Assembly (NCBI RefSeq): GCF_041886205.1
Contig: NZ_CP169029.1
DNA from: Escherichia coli
Lineage (GTDB): Bacteria > Pseudomonadota > Gammaproteobacteria > Enterobacterales > Enterobacteriaceae
Direction: 5' to 3' (one strand)
DNA: 64,000 bases
Part shown: piece after piece, positions 14,624 to 28,433 of the stretch
Numbering within the stretch: position 1 is the stretch's first letter
Layout: every line of letters begins with the position of its first letter
Program-made: the position numbers and the translations under genes
Notes under the pieces: model-generated
Database searches by the model: none
What the model saw: only the letters and a program-made list of their open reading frames with translations
What the model was told of the DNA's origin: nothing

Positions 14624-16210
14624 TTATTGCCCGCGCGTTAACTCCCGCGCGGGTAATTGCTCCATCCATTGCATAAACACCTGCGGCGGCATCGCCTTCG
14701 CAAAGAACCATCCCTGGCAATAGCGCACGCCGCGTTTGCGCAGCCAGTTAACCTGCTCCTCAGTTTCGACGCCTTCAGCGATCGTTTTTAACCCCAGGCT
14801 GTGCGCCAGCTCGATGATGTGTTCCGCAATCAAATGACTGGTTTTGTGGGTGGTCAGCGTTTCAACAAACGATTTGTCGATTTTCAAAATATCGACATTC
14901 AATGATTTAAGGTTATGCAAGTTAGAGTAGCCAATACCAAAATCATCAATTGCCACTTCGTAACCGGCCTGGCGGAAAGCCAGAATAATCGGCGTCATTT
15001 TGTCAACATCAAGAAATGCATGTTCAGTCACTTCAAATTTAATTTGCTGCGGACGCACCGCGTATTGCTCTGTTTTCTGATTGATTCGCGCTATCAACCG
15101 TGACGTATGAAAATCGGAGGCCGACAGGTTAATAGAAACATAGCGATCTGCATGTGTTGCCAGGTAATCGCCCAGATCGCGGAAGACATTATCAATAACA
15201 TAATCAGTTATCTGTTCTATCATCCCCTCCTTTTCTGCCAGCGGAATAAACTCTGCCGGATTCATTATTTGCCCCTGCTCACCAGGCCAACGTAACAACG
15301 CTTCAGCGCCGATACATTTTTCTGTTTTGATATCGATTATTGGCTGGTAATAAAGACAAAGTTGATGTTTTTCGAGGGCGCGTTGCAATTTACGTTTGGG
15401 AGATAAATAGTTTTGTCGAATACGTAGCCAGAGTAATAGCAGAACAAGACTCCCCAAAATACCGGCAGGCAACGCAAAAATAAGATGATTATAAAAATGG
15501 GTTATAAGACGTTGATATGAAGTCGCAACAATGGCTGCAATTGGGCGTTTTGTCGAATAAACTGTCGCATATAAATAGCCATTTCTTTGTACGGTTAAAT
15601 CCTTCAAATGAATCAGCGGAGAAAACGTTGCTGCCGAGGCCTCTTTGCTTAACGAGAAAAAGGTTTTCGTCACCGTATCATACACACCCCATTGCAATGT
15701 CGGGTCATCAGACATCACTTCACTCCAGAAGAGAGGGTTGATAACCGCCACATAATTTCCCCGCTGCATATAGGTCATTTTATAGCCAGAGAAAAAAGGC
15801 GTATCGCGGTAATAATAGATAGAAACGTTAGGTTCACGCTTATAATCGGCCGGTGCAATCGTATAGCCGTTTACAGGCGCTATCAGCGATGAGCATAAAA
15901 AATGGTTATCACGGGCATAGATCAATTCATTAATATAAAGATAGCCACGAATAATATTCAACATTCGCTTTTGATGGGCTGGAGTGCAAACTTGCCCCTG
16001 ATAGCGTTCAGCTGCATCGCTCACTAAATCTGCCTGGCGAATGACCAGCTCGGATTTATCCAGTGCCAGTTGAGCAAAGGTTCGGAGCTGATTATTCACT
16101 TCTGATTTTGCCCAAAGGAAGGCAATCCATAGCGAAAGAATGATGGGAAAGAGAACTAAAAAGATAATGCCCGGCAACGCCAGTAATTGGTGTCGTGCAC
16201 GATGACTCAT
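14624..16210 (-). CDS. pdeC: CSS-motif c-di-GMP phosphodiesterase (EAL domain)
   Basis: N-terminal TM, periplasmic domain, second TM, then an EAL domain ([10 protein letters not shown]...). Start placed at MSHRARHQ, giving 528 aa. Confidence 0.9.
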
Positions 16211-16639
16211 TGCTATCAATTTCCTGCCTGTTTATACCCGGCCATTGCAAGGTGAAAACCCTGGGTACCGACGTCTTTAGATAAATCTTACGGTATAAAT
16301 AGCACTTTTGCCTGATTTGAAATTGATACCTTTCTAATCGTCACCTGGATGAAAATAATTCATTGATATTCAAAATTAATTTCCTACAGGAATGCAGAGG
16401 CGGCGGGAAGATATGCCCTTAATGCCACTGAAAAACCACATAATCTGTACAGCAATAAAAGTCACGGCCTAATATGGCTAACAAACAATCAATTGTGATA
16501 TAGTTCACAAAATTAATGAAACAAACAGAGTGTTTCATTTTTGTGTTCTGCAAGCCCCGCGATAGCCAGAGTGTACCACGCCTCCCGTGAACAACGCCGC
16601 GCTGTCCAGGGCATCGGCTCTTTTCAGAGGAATTGTTTG

Positions 16640-16921
16640 ATGGCTACCCTCACCACTGGCGTGGTTCTTCTTCGCTGGCAACTTCTTAGTGCCGTAATGA
16701 TGTTTCTGGCCAGCACACTCAACATCCGTTTTCGTCGGTCTGATTATGTCGGGCTTGCGGTGATCAGCAGCGGTCTGGGCGTTGTTTCCGCCTGTTGGTT
16801 CGCAATGGGGTTGCTTGGCATCACAATGGCGGACATCACCGCTATCTGGCACAACATCGAGTCGGTGATGATAGAAGAGATGAATCAGACACCGCCACAA
16901 TGGCCAATGATTTTGACCTGA
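16640..16921 (+). CDS. yjcB: Small membrane protein YjcB
   Basis: 93 aa from MATLTTGVVLLRW. Hydrophobic. Followed by hairpin GAAGCCTCC/GGAGGCTTC plus T-run at about 16928-16957. Confidence 0.75.
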   Translation: MATLTTGVVLLRWQLLSAVMMFLASTLNIRFRRSDYVGLAVISSGLGVVSACWFAMGLLGITMADITAIWHNIESVMIEEMNQTPPQWPMILT

Positions 16922-17019
16922 TACGTAGAAGCCTCCATAACGGAGGCTTCTTTTTTATGGCTGGCAGATGCTTTAATCATCCACCTTAAAACAATATAAC
17001 CTATTGTTTTAATGACAAA

Positions 17020-17556
17020 TCAGAACGGAATGTCATCATCAAAGTCCATCGGCGGCTCGTTAGACGGCGCTGCCGGAGCGGACTGCTGCGGGCGAGACTG
17101 CGCGCCGCCGCTGAACTGATTGCCACCCTGCGGCTGCTGAGGCTGACCCCAACCGCCCTGCGGCTGACCACCACCGATATTGCCACCTGCCGGAGCGCCA
17201 CCACCCTGACGACCACCCAGCATCTGCATGGTGCCGCCAACGTTCACCACGACTTCTGTGGTGTAGCGATCCTGACCGGATTGATCGGTCCATTTACGGG
17301 TACGCAGCTGACCTTCGATATAAACCTGAGAACCTTTACGCAGATATTCGCTCGCCACTTCTGCCAGTTTGCCGAACAGCACAACGCGGTGCCATTCAGT
17401 CTGTTCTTTCATCTCGCCGGTCGCTTTATCACGCCAGGATTCGGAAGTAGCCAGCGTAATGTTGGCAACTGCGCCACCATTTGGCATGTAGCGTACTTCC
17501 GGGTCCTGACCCAGATTACCAACGAGAATAACCTTGTTTACGCCTCTGCTGGCCAT
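17020..17556 (-). CDS. ssb: Single-stranded DNA-binding protein
   Basis: 178 aa from MASRGVNKV. Gly/Gln-rich linker and acidic tip DFDDDIPF. Confidence 0.97.
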   Translation of the reverse strand: MASRGVNKVILVGNLGQDPEVRYMPNGGAVANITLATSESWRDKATGEMKEQTEWHRVVLFGKLAEVASEYLRKGSQVYIEGQLRTRKWTDQSGQDRYTTEVVVNVGGTMQMLGGRQGGGAPAGGNIGGGQPQGGWGQPQQPQGGNQFSGGAQSRPQQSAPAAPSNEPPMDFDDDIPF

Positions 17557-17706
17557 GTTCGTGTCTCCTGAAAAAAATCGTTCTGAATAAGTGTAAACGC
17601 GCGATTGTACCATTACCAATAGCGCTTTTACTATGTTGTGACCTCGGTTCCGGGAAACAAACCTGGCCAGACATTGTTACACAACACTCCGGGTAATGCA
17701 TTCCAA

Positions 17707-17726
17707 TACTGTATATTCATTCAGGT
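17707..17726. promoter_or_regulatory. LexA (SOS) box shared by the divergent ssb/uvrA promoters
   Basis: TACTGTATATTCATTCAGGT matches CTG-N10-CAG. Confidence 0.85.
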
Positions 17727-17809
17727 CAATTTGTGTCATAATTAACCGTTTGTGATCGCCGGTAGCACCATGCCACCGGGCAAAAAAGCGTTTAATCCGG
17801 GAAAGGTGA

Positions 17810-20632
17810 ATGGATAAGATCGAAGTTCGGGGCGCCCGCACCCATAATCTCAAAAACATCAACCTCGTTATCCCCCGCGACAAGCTCATTGTCGTGACCG
17901 GGCTTTCGGGTTCTGGCAAATCCTCGCTCGCTTTCGACACCTTATATGCCGAAGGGCAGCGCCGTTACGTTGAATCCCTTTCCGCCTACGCGCGGCAGTT
18001 TCTGTCACTGATGGAAAAGCCGGACGTCGATCATATTGAGGGGCTTTCTCCTGCCATCTCAATTGAGCAGAAATCGACGTCTCATAACCCGCGTTCTACG
18101 GTGGGGACAATCACCGAAATCCACGACTATTTGCGTTTGTTGTTCGCCCGCGTCGGCGAACCGCGCTGTCCGGACCACGACGTCCCGCTGGCGGCGCAAA
18201 CCGTCAGCCAGATGGTGGATAACGTGCTGTCGCAGCCGGAAGGCAAGCGTCTGATGCTGCTCGCGCCAATCATTAAAGAGCGCAAAGGCGAACACACCAA
18301 AACGCTGGAGAACCTGGCAAGCCAGGGTTACATCCGTGCTCGTATTGATGGCGAAGTCTGCGATCTTTCCGATCCGCCGAAACTGGAACTGCAAAAGAAA
18401 CATACCATTGAAGTGGTGGTTGATCGCTTCAAGGTGCGTGACGATCTTACCCAACGTCTGGCCGAGTCGTTTGAAACCGCGCTAGAGCTTTCCGGTGGTA
18501 CCGCGGTAGTGGCGGATATGGACGACCCGAAAGCGGAAGAGCTGCTGTTCTCCGCCAACTTCGCCTGCCCAATTTGCGGTTACAGTATGCGCGAGCTGGA
18601 GCCGCGACTGTTTTCGTTTAACAACCCGGCGGGGGCCTGCCCGACCTGCGACGGCCTTGGCGTACAGCAATATTTCGATCCTGACCGCGTGATCCAGAAT
18701 CCGGAACTGTCGCTGGCAGGTGGTGCGATCCGTGGCTGGGATCGCCGCAACTTCTATTATTTCCAGATGCTGAAATCACTGGCAGATCACTATAAGTTCG
18801 ACGTCGAAGCGCCGTGGGGCAGCTTGAGCGCGAACGTGCATAAAGTGGTGTTGTACGGTTCTGGCAAAGAAAACATTGAATTCAAATACATGAACGATCG
18901 TGGCGATACCTCCATCCGTCGTCATCCGTTCGAAGGCGTGCTGCACAATATGGAGCGCCGTTATAAAGAGACAGAATCCAGTGCGGTACGTGAAGAATTA
19001 GCCAAGTTTATCAGCAATCGCCCATGCGCCAGCTGCGAAGGAACGCGTCTGCGTCGGGAAGCGCGCCACGTGTATGTCGAGAATACGCCGCTGCCCGCCA
19101 TCTCCGACATGAGCATCGGTCATGCGATGGAATTCTTCAACAATCTCAAACTCGCAGGTCAGCGGGCGAAGATTGCGGAAAAAATTCTTAAAGAGATCGG
19201 CGATCGTTTGAAATTCCTCGTTAACGTCGGCCTGAATTACCTGACGCTTTCCCGCTCGGCAGAAACGCTTTCCGGCGGTGAAGCCCAGCGTATCCGTCTG
19301 GCGAGCCAGATTGGTGCGGGCCTGGTTGGCGTTATGTACGTGCTGGACGAGCCATCTATCGGCCTGCACCAGCGCGATAACGAGCGCCTGTTGGGTACGC
19401 TTATCCATCTGCGCGATCTCGGTAATACCGTGATTGTGGTGGAGCACGACGAAGACGCGATTCGCGCCGCTGACCATGTGATCGACATTGGCCCGGGCGC
19501 AGGTGTTCACGGCGGTGAAGTGGTCGCGGAAGGTCCACTGGAAGCAATTATGGCGGTGCCGGAGTCGTTAACCGGACAGTACATGAGCGGTAAACGCAAG
19601 ATTGAAGTGCCGAAGAAACGCGTTCCGGCGAATCCGGAAAAAGTGCTGAAGCTGACAGGCGCACGCGGTAATAACCTGAAAGACGTGACGCTGACGCTGC
19701 CAGTCGGTCTGTTTACCTGCATCACAGGGGTTTCAGGTTCCGGTAAATCGACGCTGATTAACGACACACTGTTCCCGATTGCCCAACGCCAGTTGAATGG
19801 GGCGACCATCGCCGAACCGGCACCGTATCGCGATATTCAGGGACTGGAGCATTTCGACAAAGTGATCGATATCGACCAAAGCCCGATTGGTCGTACTCCG
19901 CGTTCTAACCCGGCGACCTATACCGGCGTGTTTACGCCTGTGCGCGAACTGTTTGCGGGCGTACCGGAATCCCGTGCGCGCGGCTATACGCCGGGACGTT
20001 TCAGCTTTAACGTTCGTGGCGGACGCTGCGAGGCCTGTCAGGGCGATGGCGTGATCAAAGTGGAGATGCACTTCCTGCCGGATATCTACGTGCCGTGCGA
20101 CCAGTGCAAAGGTAAACGCTATAACCGTGAAACGCTGGAGATTAAGTACAAAGGCAAAACCATCCACGAAGTGCTGGATATGACCATCGAAGAGGCGCGT
20201 GAGTTCTTTGATGCCGTACCTGCACTGGCGCGTAAGCTGCAAACGTTGATGGACGTTGGCCTGACGTACATTCGACTGGGGCAGTCCGCAACCACCCTTT
20301 CAGGCGGTGAAGCCCAGCGCGTGAAGCTGGCGCGTGAACTGTCAAAACGCGGCACCGGGCAGACGCTGTATATTCTCGACGAGCCGACCACCGGTCTGCA
20401 CTTCGCCGATATTCAGCAACTGCTCGACGTACTGCATAAACTGCGCGATCAGGGCAACACCATTGTGGTGATTGAGCACAATCTCGACGTGATCAAAACC
20501 GCTGACTGGATTGTCGACCTGGGACCAGAAGGCGGCAGTGGTGGCGGCGAGATCCTCGTCTCCGGTACGCCAGAAACCGTCGCGGAGTGCGAAGCATCAC
20601 ACACGGCACGCTTCCTTAAGCCGATGCTGTAA
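17810..20632 (+). CDS. uvrA: Excinuclease ABC subunit A
   Basis: 940 aa. Two ABC modules ([18 protein letters not shown]; two LSGGE signatures) and zinc-finger CxxC pairs. Confidence 0.98.
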   Translation: MDKIEVRGARTHNLKNINLVIPRDKLIVVTGLSGSGKSSLAFDTLYAEGQRRYVESLSAYARQFLSLMEKPDVDHIEGLSPAISIEQKSTSHNPRSTVGTITEIHDYLRLLFARVGEPRCPDHDVPLAAQTVSQMVDNVLSQPEGKRLMLLAPIIKERKGEHTKTLENLASQGYIRARIDGEVCDLSDPPKLELQKKHTIEVVVDRFKVRDDLTQRLAESFETALELSGGTAVVADMDDPKAEELLFSANFACPICGYSMRELEPRLFSFNNPAGACPTCDGLGVQQYFDPDRVIQNPELSLAGGAIRGWDRRNFYYFQMLKSLADHYKFDVEAPWGSLSANVHKVVLYGSGKENIEFKYMNDRGDTSIRRHPFEGVLHNMERRYKETESSAVREELAKFISNRPCASCEGTRLRREARHVYVENTPLPAISDMSIGHAMEFFNNLKLAGQRAKIAEKILKEIGDRLKFLVNVGLNYLTLSRSAETLSGGEAQRIRLASQIGAGLVGVMYVLDEPSIGLHQRDNERLLGTLIHLRDLGNTVIVVEHDEDAIRAADHVIDIGPGAGVHGGEVVAEGPLEAIMAVPESLTGQYMSGKRKIEVPKKRVPANPEKVLKLTGARGNNLKDVTLTLPVGLFTCITGVSGSGKSTLINDTLFPIAQRQLNGATIAEPAPYRDIQGLEHFDKVIDIDQSPIGRTPRSNPATYTGVFTPVRELFAGVPESRARGYTPGRFSFNVRGGRCEACQGDGVIKVEMHFLPDIYVPCDQCKGKRYNRETLEIKYKGKTIHEVLDMTIEEAREFFDAVPALARKLQTLMDVGLTYIRLGQSATTLSGGEAQRVKLARELSKRGTGQTLYILDEPTTGLHFADIQQLLDVLHKLRDQGNTIVVIEHNLDVIKTADWIVDLGPEGGSGGGEILVSGTPETVAECEASHTARFLKPML

Positions 20633-20637
20633 TCGTT

Positions 20638-20667
20638 AAGGCCGCTTTCTGAGCGGCCTTTTCCTTT
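20638..20667. terminator. Bidirectional terminator between uvrA and yjbR
   Basis: AAGGCCGC-TTTCTGA-GCGGCCTT hairpin followed by a T-rich run. Confidence 0.7.
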
Positions 20668-21023
20668 CAGAGTTGCACCAGCAATTTACGTTTTTCTTCC
20701 GGCAGTAAATTCACCGCCTGCTGATAAGACGCATCCACCAGATAATAGATTTGCGAATCTGGCAGCGAACCGTCGAGATACACGGTGCTCCAGTGCGCTT
20801 TATTCAGATGGCGGCTTGGACGCACATCGCTGTGCTGCTGACGTAGCAGCTCCGCCAGCTCCGGGCTGGTTTTCAGCGAAACAGCTGGGCGATTTTCTAC
20901 TTCTTTCACCATCGCAAACAGTACATCTTCCACTTTGATCTGCGTCGCTTTCCAGTCGTTATGCACGCTCTGTTCTGCGCCTGGTTTTGCCATGCAATAT
21001 TGTAGCAACTCCGAAATGGTCAT
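20667..21023 (-). CDS. yjbR: MmcQ/YjbR-family protein
   Basis: 118 aa. Synteny downstream of uvrA. Confidence 0.85.
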   Translation of the reverse strand: MTISELLQYCMAKPGAEQSVHNDWKATQIKVEDVLFAMVKEVENRPAVSLKTSPELAELLRQQHSDVRPSRHLNKAHWSTVYLDGSLPDSQIYYLVDASYQQAVNLLPEEKRKLLVQL

Positions 21024-21026
21024 TTT

Positions 21027-21443
21027 TTACTCCCCTTGTAGTGTCGCGATGATGCGACGCGATCCGCCGTGGATGCGATGTTCCCCCAGCCAAATGCCTT
21101 GCCAGGTGCCGGTCTGAATACGCCCTTTATGCACCGGCAATACAAGCGATGTTCCCAGCATTGAGGATTTGATATGAGAAGGCATATCGTCTGCTCCCTC
21201 ATAGTCATGCTCATAATTTCCGTTGTCGGGAACGGTGCGGAGGAAAAAACGCTCCATGTCGTGGCGTACGGTGGGATCGCAGTTCTCATTAAGTGTCAGA
21301 GAGGCGGAGGTATGTTGCAGCAACAGATGCAGTAAGCCGATGTTAACGCGCGGCATATCAGCCAGCTGATTCAGAATTTCATCCGTTACCAGATGAAACC
21401 CACGAGATTTGGCGCTAAGCGTGAGCGTCTTTTGATACCACAT
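21027..21443 (-). CDS. yjbQ: UPF0047/YjbQ-family protein
   Basis: 138 aa. Synteny supports the call. Confidence 0.85.
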
Positions 21444-21553
21444 GTGCTGCTCCTTGATAAAACTCTCTTAATCAGTTTGCAGCAAGACAGCGAAAGGATA
21501 AAGGTGTGATTAAAAAAACAGCATTCGGGAGAGCATCACGCTCTCCCGCTCTG

Positions 21554-22546
<993 letters not shown>

Positions 22547-22668
22547 TTAATGAACTTAATGATACAGCATTACAAAAACAATCGAAGTTTATAAAGATGA
22601 TTTCTGATTGACCAGCCCCCTACCCTACAATGGTGATTAATTTTATTACTCGCGATGGAGATGATGAT

Positions 22669-22872
22669 ATGAATATATCATATGTGAATAGCAACAAAAC
22701 GACATCTTTACCTGTTGAGCTAGATGCACTAAATAATAAAGATATCTCTTATGCCAAAGATTTCTTTTTATACATAGAAACACAGTTAAAAATTGCAAAA
22801 GATTTTTTAGACCTGGAGAAGAAGTATCAAGTTCTATTGCAAGTAAAGTTTTTCACGCATTTATTGATTTAG
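22669..22872 (+). CDS. yjbS: Small uncharacterised protein in an AT-rich islet
   Basis: 67 aa from MNISYVNSNK. Position between aphA and tyrB matches K-12 yjbS. Very AT-rich. Confidence 0.55.
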   Translation: MNISYVNSNKTTSLPVELDALNNKDISYAKDFFLYIETQLKIAKDFLDLEKKYQVLLQVKFFTHLLI

Positions 22873-22901
22873 TTAACAAAATCAGGGGTAAGAAAGACTT
22901 T

Positions 22902-23152
22902 ATGTATATTTGCACGCTTTGCTGTTTTGCCGAGGAGGTTAAAGGTGATTATTCTCATTACAGGACCTTTTTATTTGATATTGGTAATCAATATAAGGTT
23001 AAACTTACACAAAGCGGAAAAAAGAGTTCTCTTTAACATTAGAATTTAACGATACTATAATTGAATCTCAGAAAGTCACAGGCAATAAGGCAAAGCATAT
23101 TCTTGAGGATATAGAAATATTCTATCGTAACAAACCCGATACTTATTATTAA
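22902..23152 (+). pseudogene. Frameshifted small ORF (decayed gene) in the aphA-tyrB AT-rich islet
   Basis: The ATG at 22902 gives MYICTLCCFAEEVKGDYSHYRTFLFDIGNQYKVKLTQSGKK, then a stop at 23034. Shifting frame at the A-run 23018-23023 continues EFSLTLEFNDTIIESQKVTGNKAKHILEDIEIFYRNKPDTYY to 23152. Confidence 0.4.
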
Positions 23153-23373
23153 ATTTAATAATGGTTAGATGTGCAGAAATTATTACTCCACCCAAAAAAA
23201 CAGGATAAGGAATTCCAGATAATTGGGATAAACTTAACAATAAAAGAACTAACAACGTTTATTATCTCTCACGTAGAACGATGGCATCAAAAAAATCATC
23301 TATAAAGAAAGAGTGAAAGCGACGACAGTTTAATTTCACTGCAGGCTGGGTAGCTCCAGCCTGCTTTCCTGCA

Positions 23374-24567
23374 TTACATCACCGCAGCAAACGCCTTTGC
23401 CACACGTTGTACATTTGCCGTATTTAACCCGGCGACACACATGCGACCGCTGGCGATGAGATAGACACCAAATTCTTCACGTAGTCGGTCAACCTGAGCG
23501 GCACTTAAACCGGTATAACTGAACATGCCGCGCTGATTAAGCAGATAATCGAAATTGCGTTCTGGCATCTCTGTGCTTAATACCTTCACCAATTCCTGAC
23601 GCATTGCCAGAATGCGAGTACGCATCTCTTCTACTTCCGCCAGCCAGCTGGCTTTCAATGCCTCGTCATTCAGCACTGCAGCCACCACCTGCGCACCAAA
23701 ATTCGGCGGGCTGGAGTAGTTGCGGCGAACTGTTGCTTTCAATTGCCCCAGTACGCGGCCAGCGGCTTCGGCATCTTCACACATAACAGAAAGTCCGCCG
23801 ACGCGCTCGCCGTAAAGGGAGAAAATTTTCGAGAACGAATTGCTCACCAGAGCGGGTAATCCAGCGCTGGCAATGGCGCGAATAGCGTAGGCATCCTCTT
23901 CCATACCGGCACCAAATCCTTGATAGGCAATATCGAGGAATGGAATAAGCTCGCGGGCTTTGAGAATTTCAATCACCGCATCCCACTGATCATTAGTGAG
24001 ATCGGCACCCGTTGGGTTGTGGCAACATGGATGCAGCAACACAATACTGCGGGCAGGTAATGTTTTCAGCGTCGCCAACAGGTCATTAAAGCGCACGCCG
24101 TTAGTCGCTTCGTCATACCAGGGGTAAGTACTCACTTCGAATCCAGCCCCGGCGAATATTGCTACGTGGTTTTCCCAGGTAGGATCGCTGACCCAGACGC
24201 CTGATTCCGGGAAGTAGCGTTTCAGGAAATCCGCGCCCACTTTCAATGCCCCGGAGCCGCCAAGGGTTTGAATGGTTGCTACGCGCTGTTGTTTCAGTAC
24301 CGGATGGTCCGCACCAAACAGCAGCGGCGCAATGGCATGGCGATAGCTGTTAAGCCCTTCCATCGGTAAATAAAGCGAAGCGCCATGAGGCTGCGCATTC
24401 AGGCGCGCTTCCGCCTCCGCCACGGCTTGCAGTTGTGGAATAATTCCGTCTTCGTTGTAGTACAGACCGATACTTAAATTCACTTTGTCGCTGCGAGGGT
24501 CTTCTTTAAAACGCTCCATAAGCGTAAGAATCGGGTCGCCAGCGTAGGCGTCAACTTTTTGAAACAC
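23374..24567 (-). CDS. tyrB: Aromatic-amino-acid aminotransferase
   Basis: 397 aa from a GTG start (V)[19 protein letters not shown]. Class I aminotransferase with [19 protein letters not shown]-lysine region. Confidence 0.96.
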   Translation of the reverse strand: MFQKVDAYAGDPILTLMERFKEDPRSDKVNLSIGLYYNEDGIIPQLQAVAEAEARLNAQPHGASLYLPMEGLNSYRHAIAPLLFGADHPVLKQQRVATIQTLGGSGALKVGADFLKRYFPESGVWVSDPTWENHVAIFAGAGFEVSTYPWYDEATNGVRFNDLLATLKTLPARSIVLLHPCCHNPTGADLTNDQWDAVIEILKARELIPFLDIAYQGFGAGMEEDAYAIRAIASAGLPALVSNSFSKIFSLYGERVGGLSVMCEDAEAAGRVLGQLKATVRRNYSSPPNFGAQVVAAVLNDEALKASWLAEVEEMRTRILAMRQELVKVLSTEMPERNFDYLLNQRGMFSYTGLSAAQVDRLREEFGVYLIASGRMCVAGLNTANVQRVAKAFAAVM

Positions 24568-24763
24568 GCGATGGTTCTCCAGGTTTACGGGCAGGTGGTT
24601 AAAACACAATAAACCGGAAGAAGGCGAAGATCGAGTGGATGTTCAGGAGCGAACGGCAATTAGCAACAGAGTGAGACTCATGACAAACGTACATCCGCCA
24701 GAGGCACGACCTTTATAAGAGCATGAAAGAACATCAACTTATTGAATTTTTAGGATTTTATTG

Positions 24764-24793
24764 GCCGGATAAGGCATTCACGCCGCATCCGGC
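24764..24793. repeat. REP element
   Basis: GCCGGATAAGGCATTCACGCCGCATCCGGC palindrome between tyrB and alr. Confidence 0.8.
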
Positions 24794-24819
24794 ACAGACA
24801 ATCAAATATTACAGAACGA

Positions 24820-25899
24820 TTAATCCACGTATTTCATCGCGACCCTTGAAGTCAGGCGCGTAATAAGTTCGTAAGCGCTTACTTTCGTCATTTCAGCGAT
24901 ACGTTCTACGGGCAAACCTTCGCCCCATAAAATGACCGGATCCCCGGCTTTGTCCTGCGCCTGTGGACCTAAGTCTACGCAGATCATATCCATCGCCACG
25001 CGCCCGACAATCGGTACTTCGCGACCGTTCACCAGCACTGGCGTACCGGACGGCGCGGCGCGCGGATAACCATCGCCATAGCCCATCGCGACTACGCCAA
25101 GACGGGTATCACGTTCGCTTACCCAGGTTCCACCATAACCAACAGGCTCTCCGGCTTTATGCTCACGCACGGCAATCAGGCTGGAGGTTAGTGACATCAC
25201 TGGCTGACAGCCAAAATCGGCACCGGTGGAGCGATCTTCCAGCGGCGAGACGCCATAAAGAATGATGCCCGGGCGCACCCAGTCAAAATGCGACTGTGGC
25301 CACAGCAGAATGCCACCCGACGCGGCAATGGAACGTTGACCAGGTTTGCCTTCGCAAAAGGTATTAAAGATAGCGAGTTGTTTCTCGGTTGCGCCACATT
25401 TTGGTTCATCCGCGCGCGCAAAATGGCTGACGATATTCACCGGCTGACGAACGTTTTTGCACTGGGTCAGGCGATGATAAAACGCCTCAGCCTGTTCCGG
25501 CCTTACGCCCAGACGGTGCATACCGGTATCGAGTTTCATCCAGACGGTAACCGGCTCGTCCAGGCTAGCCTCTTCCAGCGCAGCCAGCTGTTCTTCGTTA
25601 TGCACGGCGGTATGAAAATGTTGCGCAGAAATCGTCGGCAGATCTCTGGCATCAAAAAAGCCTTCGAGTAACAGTACAGGTTTGGTGATTCCCCCCGTAC
25701 GCAGTCGCAGAGCTTCTTCGAGACGGGCTACGCCAAAGGCGTCAGCATCGGGGAGCGTTCGCGCGGTCTCAAGAAGACCGTGACCATAAGCGTTCGCTTT
25801 CACCACCGCAACCATTTTACTGGCAGGGGCCAGTTCACGAAGACGTTGCAGGTTGTGTCGCAGAGCGCGGCGGTTAATCACAACAGTTGCCGCTTGCAT
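24820..25899 (-). CDS. alr: Alanine racemase (biosynthetic)
   Basis: 359 aa with PLP motif [10 protein letters not shown]. Confidence 0.96.
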   Translation of the reverse strand: MQAATVVINRRALRHNLQRLRELAPASKMVAVVKANAYGHGLLETARTLPDADAFGVARLEEALRLRTGGITKPVLLLEGFFDARDLPTISAQHFHTAVHNEEQLAALEEASLDEPVTVWMKLDTGMHRLGVRPEQAEAFYHRLTQCKNVRQPVNIVSHFARADEPKCGATEKQLAIFNTFCEGKPGQRSIAASGGILLWPQSHFDWVRPGIILYGVSPLEDRSTGADFGCQPVMSLTSSLIAVREHKAGEPVGYGGTWVSERDTRLGVVAMGYGDGYPRAAPSGTPVLVNGREVPIVGRVAMDMICVDLGPQAQDKAGDPVILWGEGLPVERIAEMTKVSAYELITRLTSRVAMKYVD

Positions 25900-25951
25900 T
25901 TGTGTTCCTTGATAAGTGTTTGCTTTAATTACCTAATTCATAAAATAATTA

Positions 25952-27367
25952 TTATTCGTCGTCGTACTGCGGCCCCGCATAGTTGTCGAAGCGCGACCAT
26001 TGACCGTTAAAGGTCAGGCGTACCGTCCCGATTGGGCCGTTACGTTGTTTACCGATAATAATTTCCGCGATGCCTTTTAAATCACTGTTTTCGTGATACA
26101 CCTCATCACGATAGATAAACATGATCAAGTCCGCATCCTGCTCGATAGAGCCAGATTCACGCAGGTCGGAGTTGACCGGGCGTTTGTCGGCACGTTGTTC
26201 CAGAGAACGGTTCAACTGGGACAGCGCCACCACCGGCACGTTCAGTTCTTTCGCCAGTGCTTTCAGCGAGCGAGAGATTTCTGCAATTTCCAGCGTACGG
26301 TTATCGGAAAGCGCCGGTACGCGCATCAGTTGCAGGTAGTCGATCATGATAAGCCCGATGCCGCCGTGTTCACGGGCAATACGGCGTGCGCGGGAACGCA
26401 CTTCCGTTGGCGTCAGGCCGGAGGAGTCATCGATATAGATATTGCGTTTTTCGAGCAAAATACCCATGGTGCCGGAAATGCGCGCCCAGTCTTCGTCATC
26501 GAGCTGCCCGGTACGGATTTTAGTCTGGTCAACGCGCGACAGCGACGCCAGAGAACGCATCATGATCTGTTCTGATGGCATCTCCAGCGAGAAGATAAGT
26601 ACCGGTTTATCCTGCAACATCGCCGCGTTTTCGACGAGGTTCATCGCAAATGTTGTTTTACCCATCGACGGACGCGCGGCGACGATGATCAAATCCGACG
26701 GCTGCAAGCCAGCGGTTTTTTTGTTGAGATCGTCATAACCGGTGTTTACCCCGGTAACGCCATCGTGTGGCTGCTGAAACAACTGCTCAATACGCGCCAC
26801 GGTTGCGTCGAGCACATCGGCGATGTTCTTCGGCCCTTCGTCTTTGTTCGCACGACTTTCGGCAATTTTAAAGACGCGGGATTCAGCCAGATCCAGCAGA
26901 TCTTCGCTGGTACGCCCCTGCGGATCAAAACCAGCTTCGGCAATCTCATTCGCAACCGAGATCATCTCACGGACAACGGCACGTTCACGCACGATGTCCG
27001 CATAGGCACTGATGTTAGCCGCACTTGGCGTATTTTTTGACAGCTCTGCCAGATAAGCAAAACCACCGACGCTATCGAGTTGCCCCTGGCGTTCCAGCGA
27101 TTCCGCAAGAGTAATCAGATCGATAGGGCTACCGCTTTCCTGCAAACGCGCCATTTCAGTAAAGATATGACGGTGTGGGCGGGTGTAAAAATCGTCTGCT
27201 ACCACACGCTCGGCTACATCATCCCAGCGTTCGTTATCTAGCATTAAACCGCCCAACACCGACTGCTCCGCTTCGATCGAGTGCGGAGGCACTTTCAGCC
27301 CGGCAACTTGTGGATCGCGTTCGCGGGGTTCAGCCTGCTGTTTGTTGAAGGGTTTATTTCCTGCCAT
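25952..27367 (-). CDS. dnaB: Replicative DNA helicase
   Basis: 471 aa with Walker A ARPSMGKTTFAMN. DnaB N- and C-terminal domains. Confidence 0.98.
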   Translation of the reverse strand: MAGNKPFNKQQAEPRERDPQVAGLKVPPHSIEAEQSVLGGLMLDNERWDDVAERVVADDFYTRPHRHIFTEMARLQESGSPIDLITLAESLERQGQLDSVGGFAYLAELSKNTPSAANISAYADIVRERAVVREMISVANEIAEAGFDPQGRTSEDLLDLAESRVFKIAESRANKDEGPKNIADVLDATVARIEQLFQQPHDGVTGVNTGYDDLNKKTAGLQPSDLIIVAARPSMGKTTFAMNLVENAAMLQDKPVLIFSLEMPSEQIMMRSLASLSRVDQTKIRTGQLDDEDWARISGTMGILLEKRNIYIDDSSGLTPTEVRSRARRIAREHGGIGLIMIDYLQLMRVPALSDNRTLEIAEISRSLKALAKELNVPVVALSQLNRSLEQRADKRPVNSDLRESGSIEQDADLIMFIYRDEVYHENSDLKGIAEIIIGKQRNGPIGTVRLTFNGQWSRFDNYAGPQYDDE

Positions 27368-27449
27368 AGTGAATGGAGTTACCGAGATAAAGAATGGGTC
27401 GAAACTTTACCATATGAAGCAGACCCTGACGATACGTTCTGGAGGACAC

Positions 27450-28433
27450 ATGGCAACACGAATTGAATTTCACAAGCACGGTGGCCCGGAAGTACTTCAA
27501 GCCGTAGAGTTCACTCCTGCCGATCCGGCGGAGAATGAAATCCAGGTCGAAAATAAAGCCATCGGCATCAATTTTATCGACACATATATCCGCAGCGGCC
27601 TTTACCCGCCGCCATCGCTACCCAGCGGATTAGGCACCGAAGCAGCAGGCATCGTGAGTAAAGTCGGCAGTGGTGTAAAGCATATTAAGGCAGGCGATCG
27701 TGTAGTCTATGCGCAGTCGGCGTTAGGCGCTTACAGCTCTGTGCATAACATTATTGCGGATAAAGCGGCGATTCTGCCTGCGGCAATTTCTTTTGAGCAA
27801 GCTGCGGCATCCTTCCTGAAAGGCTTAACGGTTTATTATCTGCTGCGCAAAACCTATGAAATTAAACCCGATGAGCAGTTCCTGTTCCACGCAGCAGCTG
27901 GCGGCGTTGGCTTGATTGCCTGCCAGTGGGCAAAAGCCCTGGGCGCGAAACTTATCGGCACCGTAGGAACCGCGCAAAAAGCGCAGAGCGCGCTAAAAGC
28001 GGGCGCGTGGCAGGTTATTAACTATCGTGAAGAGAATCTGGTCGAGCGGTTAAAAGAGATCACCGGCGGTAAGAAAGTGCGCGTGGTGTACGATTCCGTG
28101 GGCAGAGACACCTGGGAACGGTCGCTGGATTGCCTGCAACGCCGCGGCTTAATGGTGAGTTTTGGCAACTCATCAGGTGCGGTTACCGGTGTGAACTTAG
28201 GCATTCTCAATCAGAAAGGCTCGTTGTATGTGACACGCCCTTCCCTGCAAGGCTATATCACCACGCGGGAGGAATTAACCGAGGCCAGTAATGAACTGTT
28301 CTCTTTGATTGCCAGCGGTGTGATTAAGGTCGATGTCGCCGAGCAGCAGAAATATCCGCTGAAGGATGCGCAGCGTGCGCATGAAATTCTGGAAAGCCGG
28401 GCAACGCAAGGTTCCAGCCTGTTGATTCCATAA
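27450..28433 (+). CDS. qorA: NADPH:quinone oxidoreductase (zeta-crystallin family)
   Basis: 327 aa from MATRIEFHKHGGPEVL. MDR fold with AAAGGVG nucleotide motif. Terminator hairpin GGGCTTCC/GGAAGCCC plus T-run at 28442-28471. Confidence 0.93.
   Translation: MATRIEFHKHGGPEVLQAVEFTPADPAENEIQVENKAIGINFIDTYIRSGLYPPPSLPSGLGTEAAGIVSKVGSGVKHIKAGDRVVYAQSALGAYSSVHNIIADKAAILPAAISFEQAAASFLKGLTVYYLLRKTYEIKPDEQFLFHAAAGGVGLIACQWAKALGAKLIGTVGTAQKAQSALKAGAWQVINYREENLVERLKEITGGKKVRVVYDSVGRDTWERSLDCLQRRGLMVSFGNSSGAVTGVNLGILNQKGSLYVTRPSLQGYITTREELTEASNELFSLIASGVIKVDVAEQQKYPLKDAQRAHEILESRATQGSSLLIP

Noticed and set aside
16220-16640. AT-rich ~400-bp region upstream of pdeC/yjcB, plus the longer yjcB ORF start at 16541.
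   Set aside because: No repeats or coding signal were found. The 93-aa form starting MATLTT fits the known gene, and the upstream extension is not hydrophobic like the rest of the protein.
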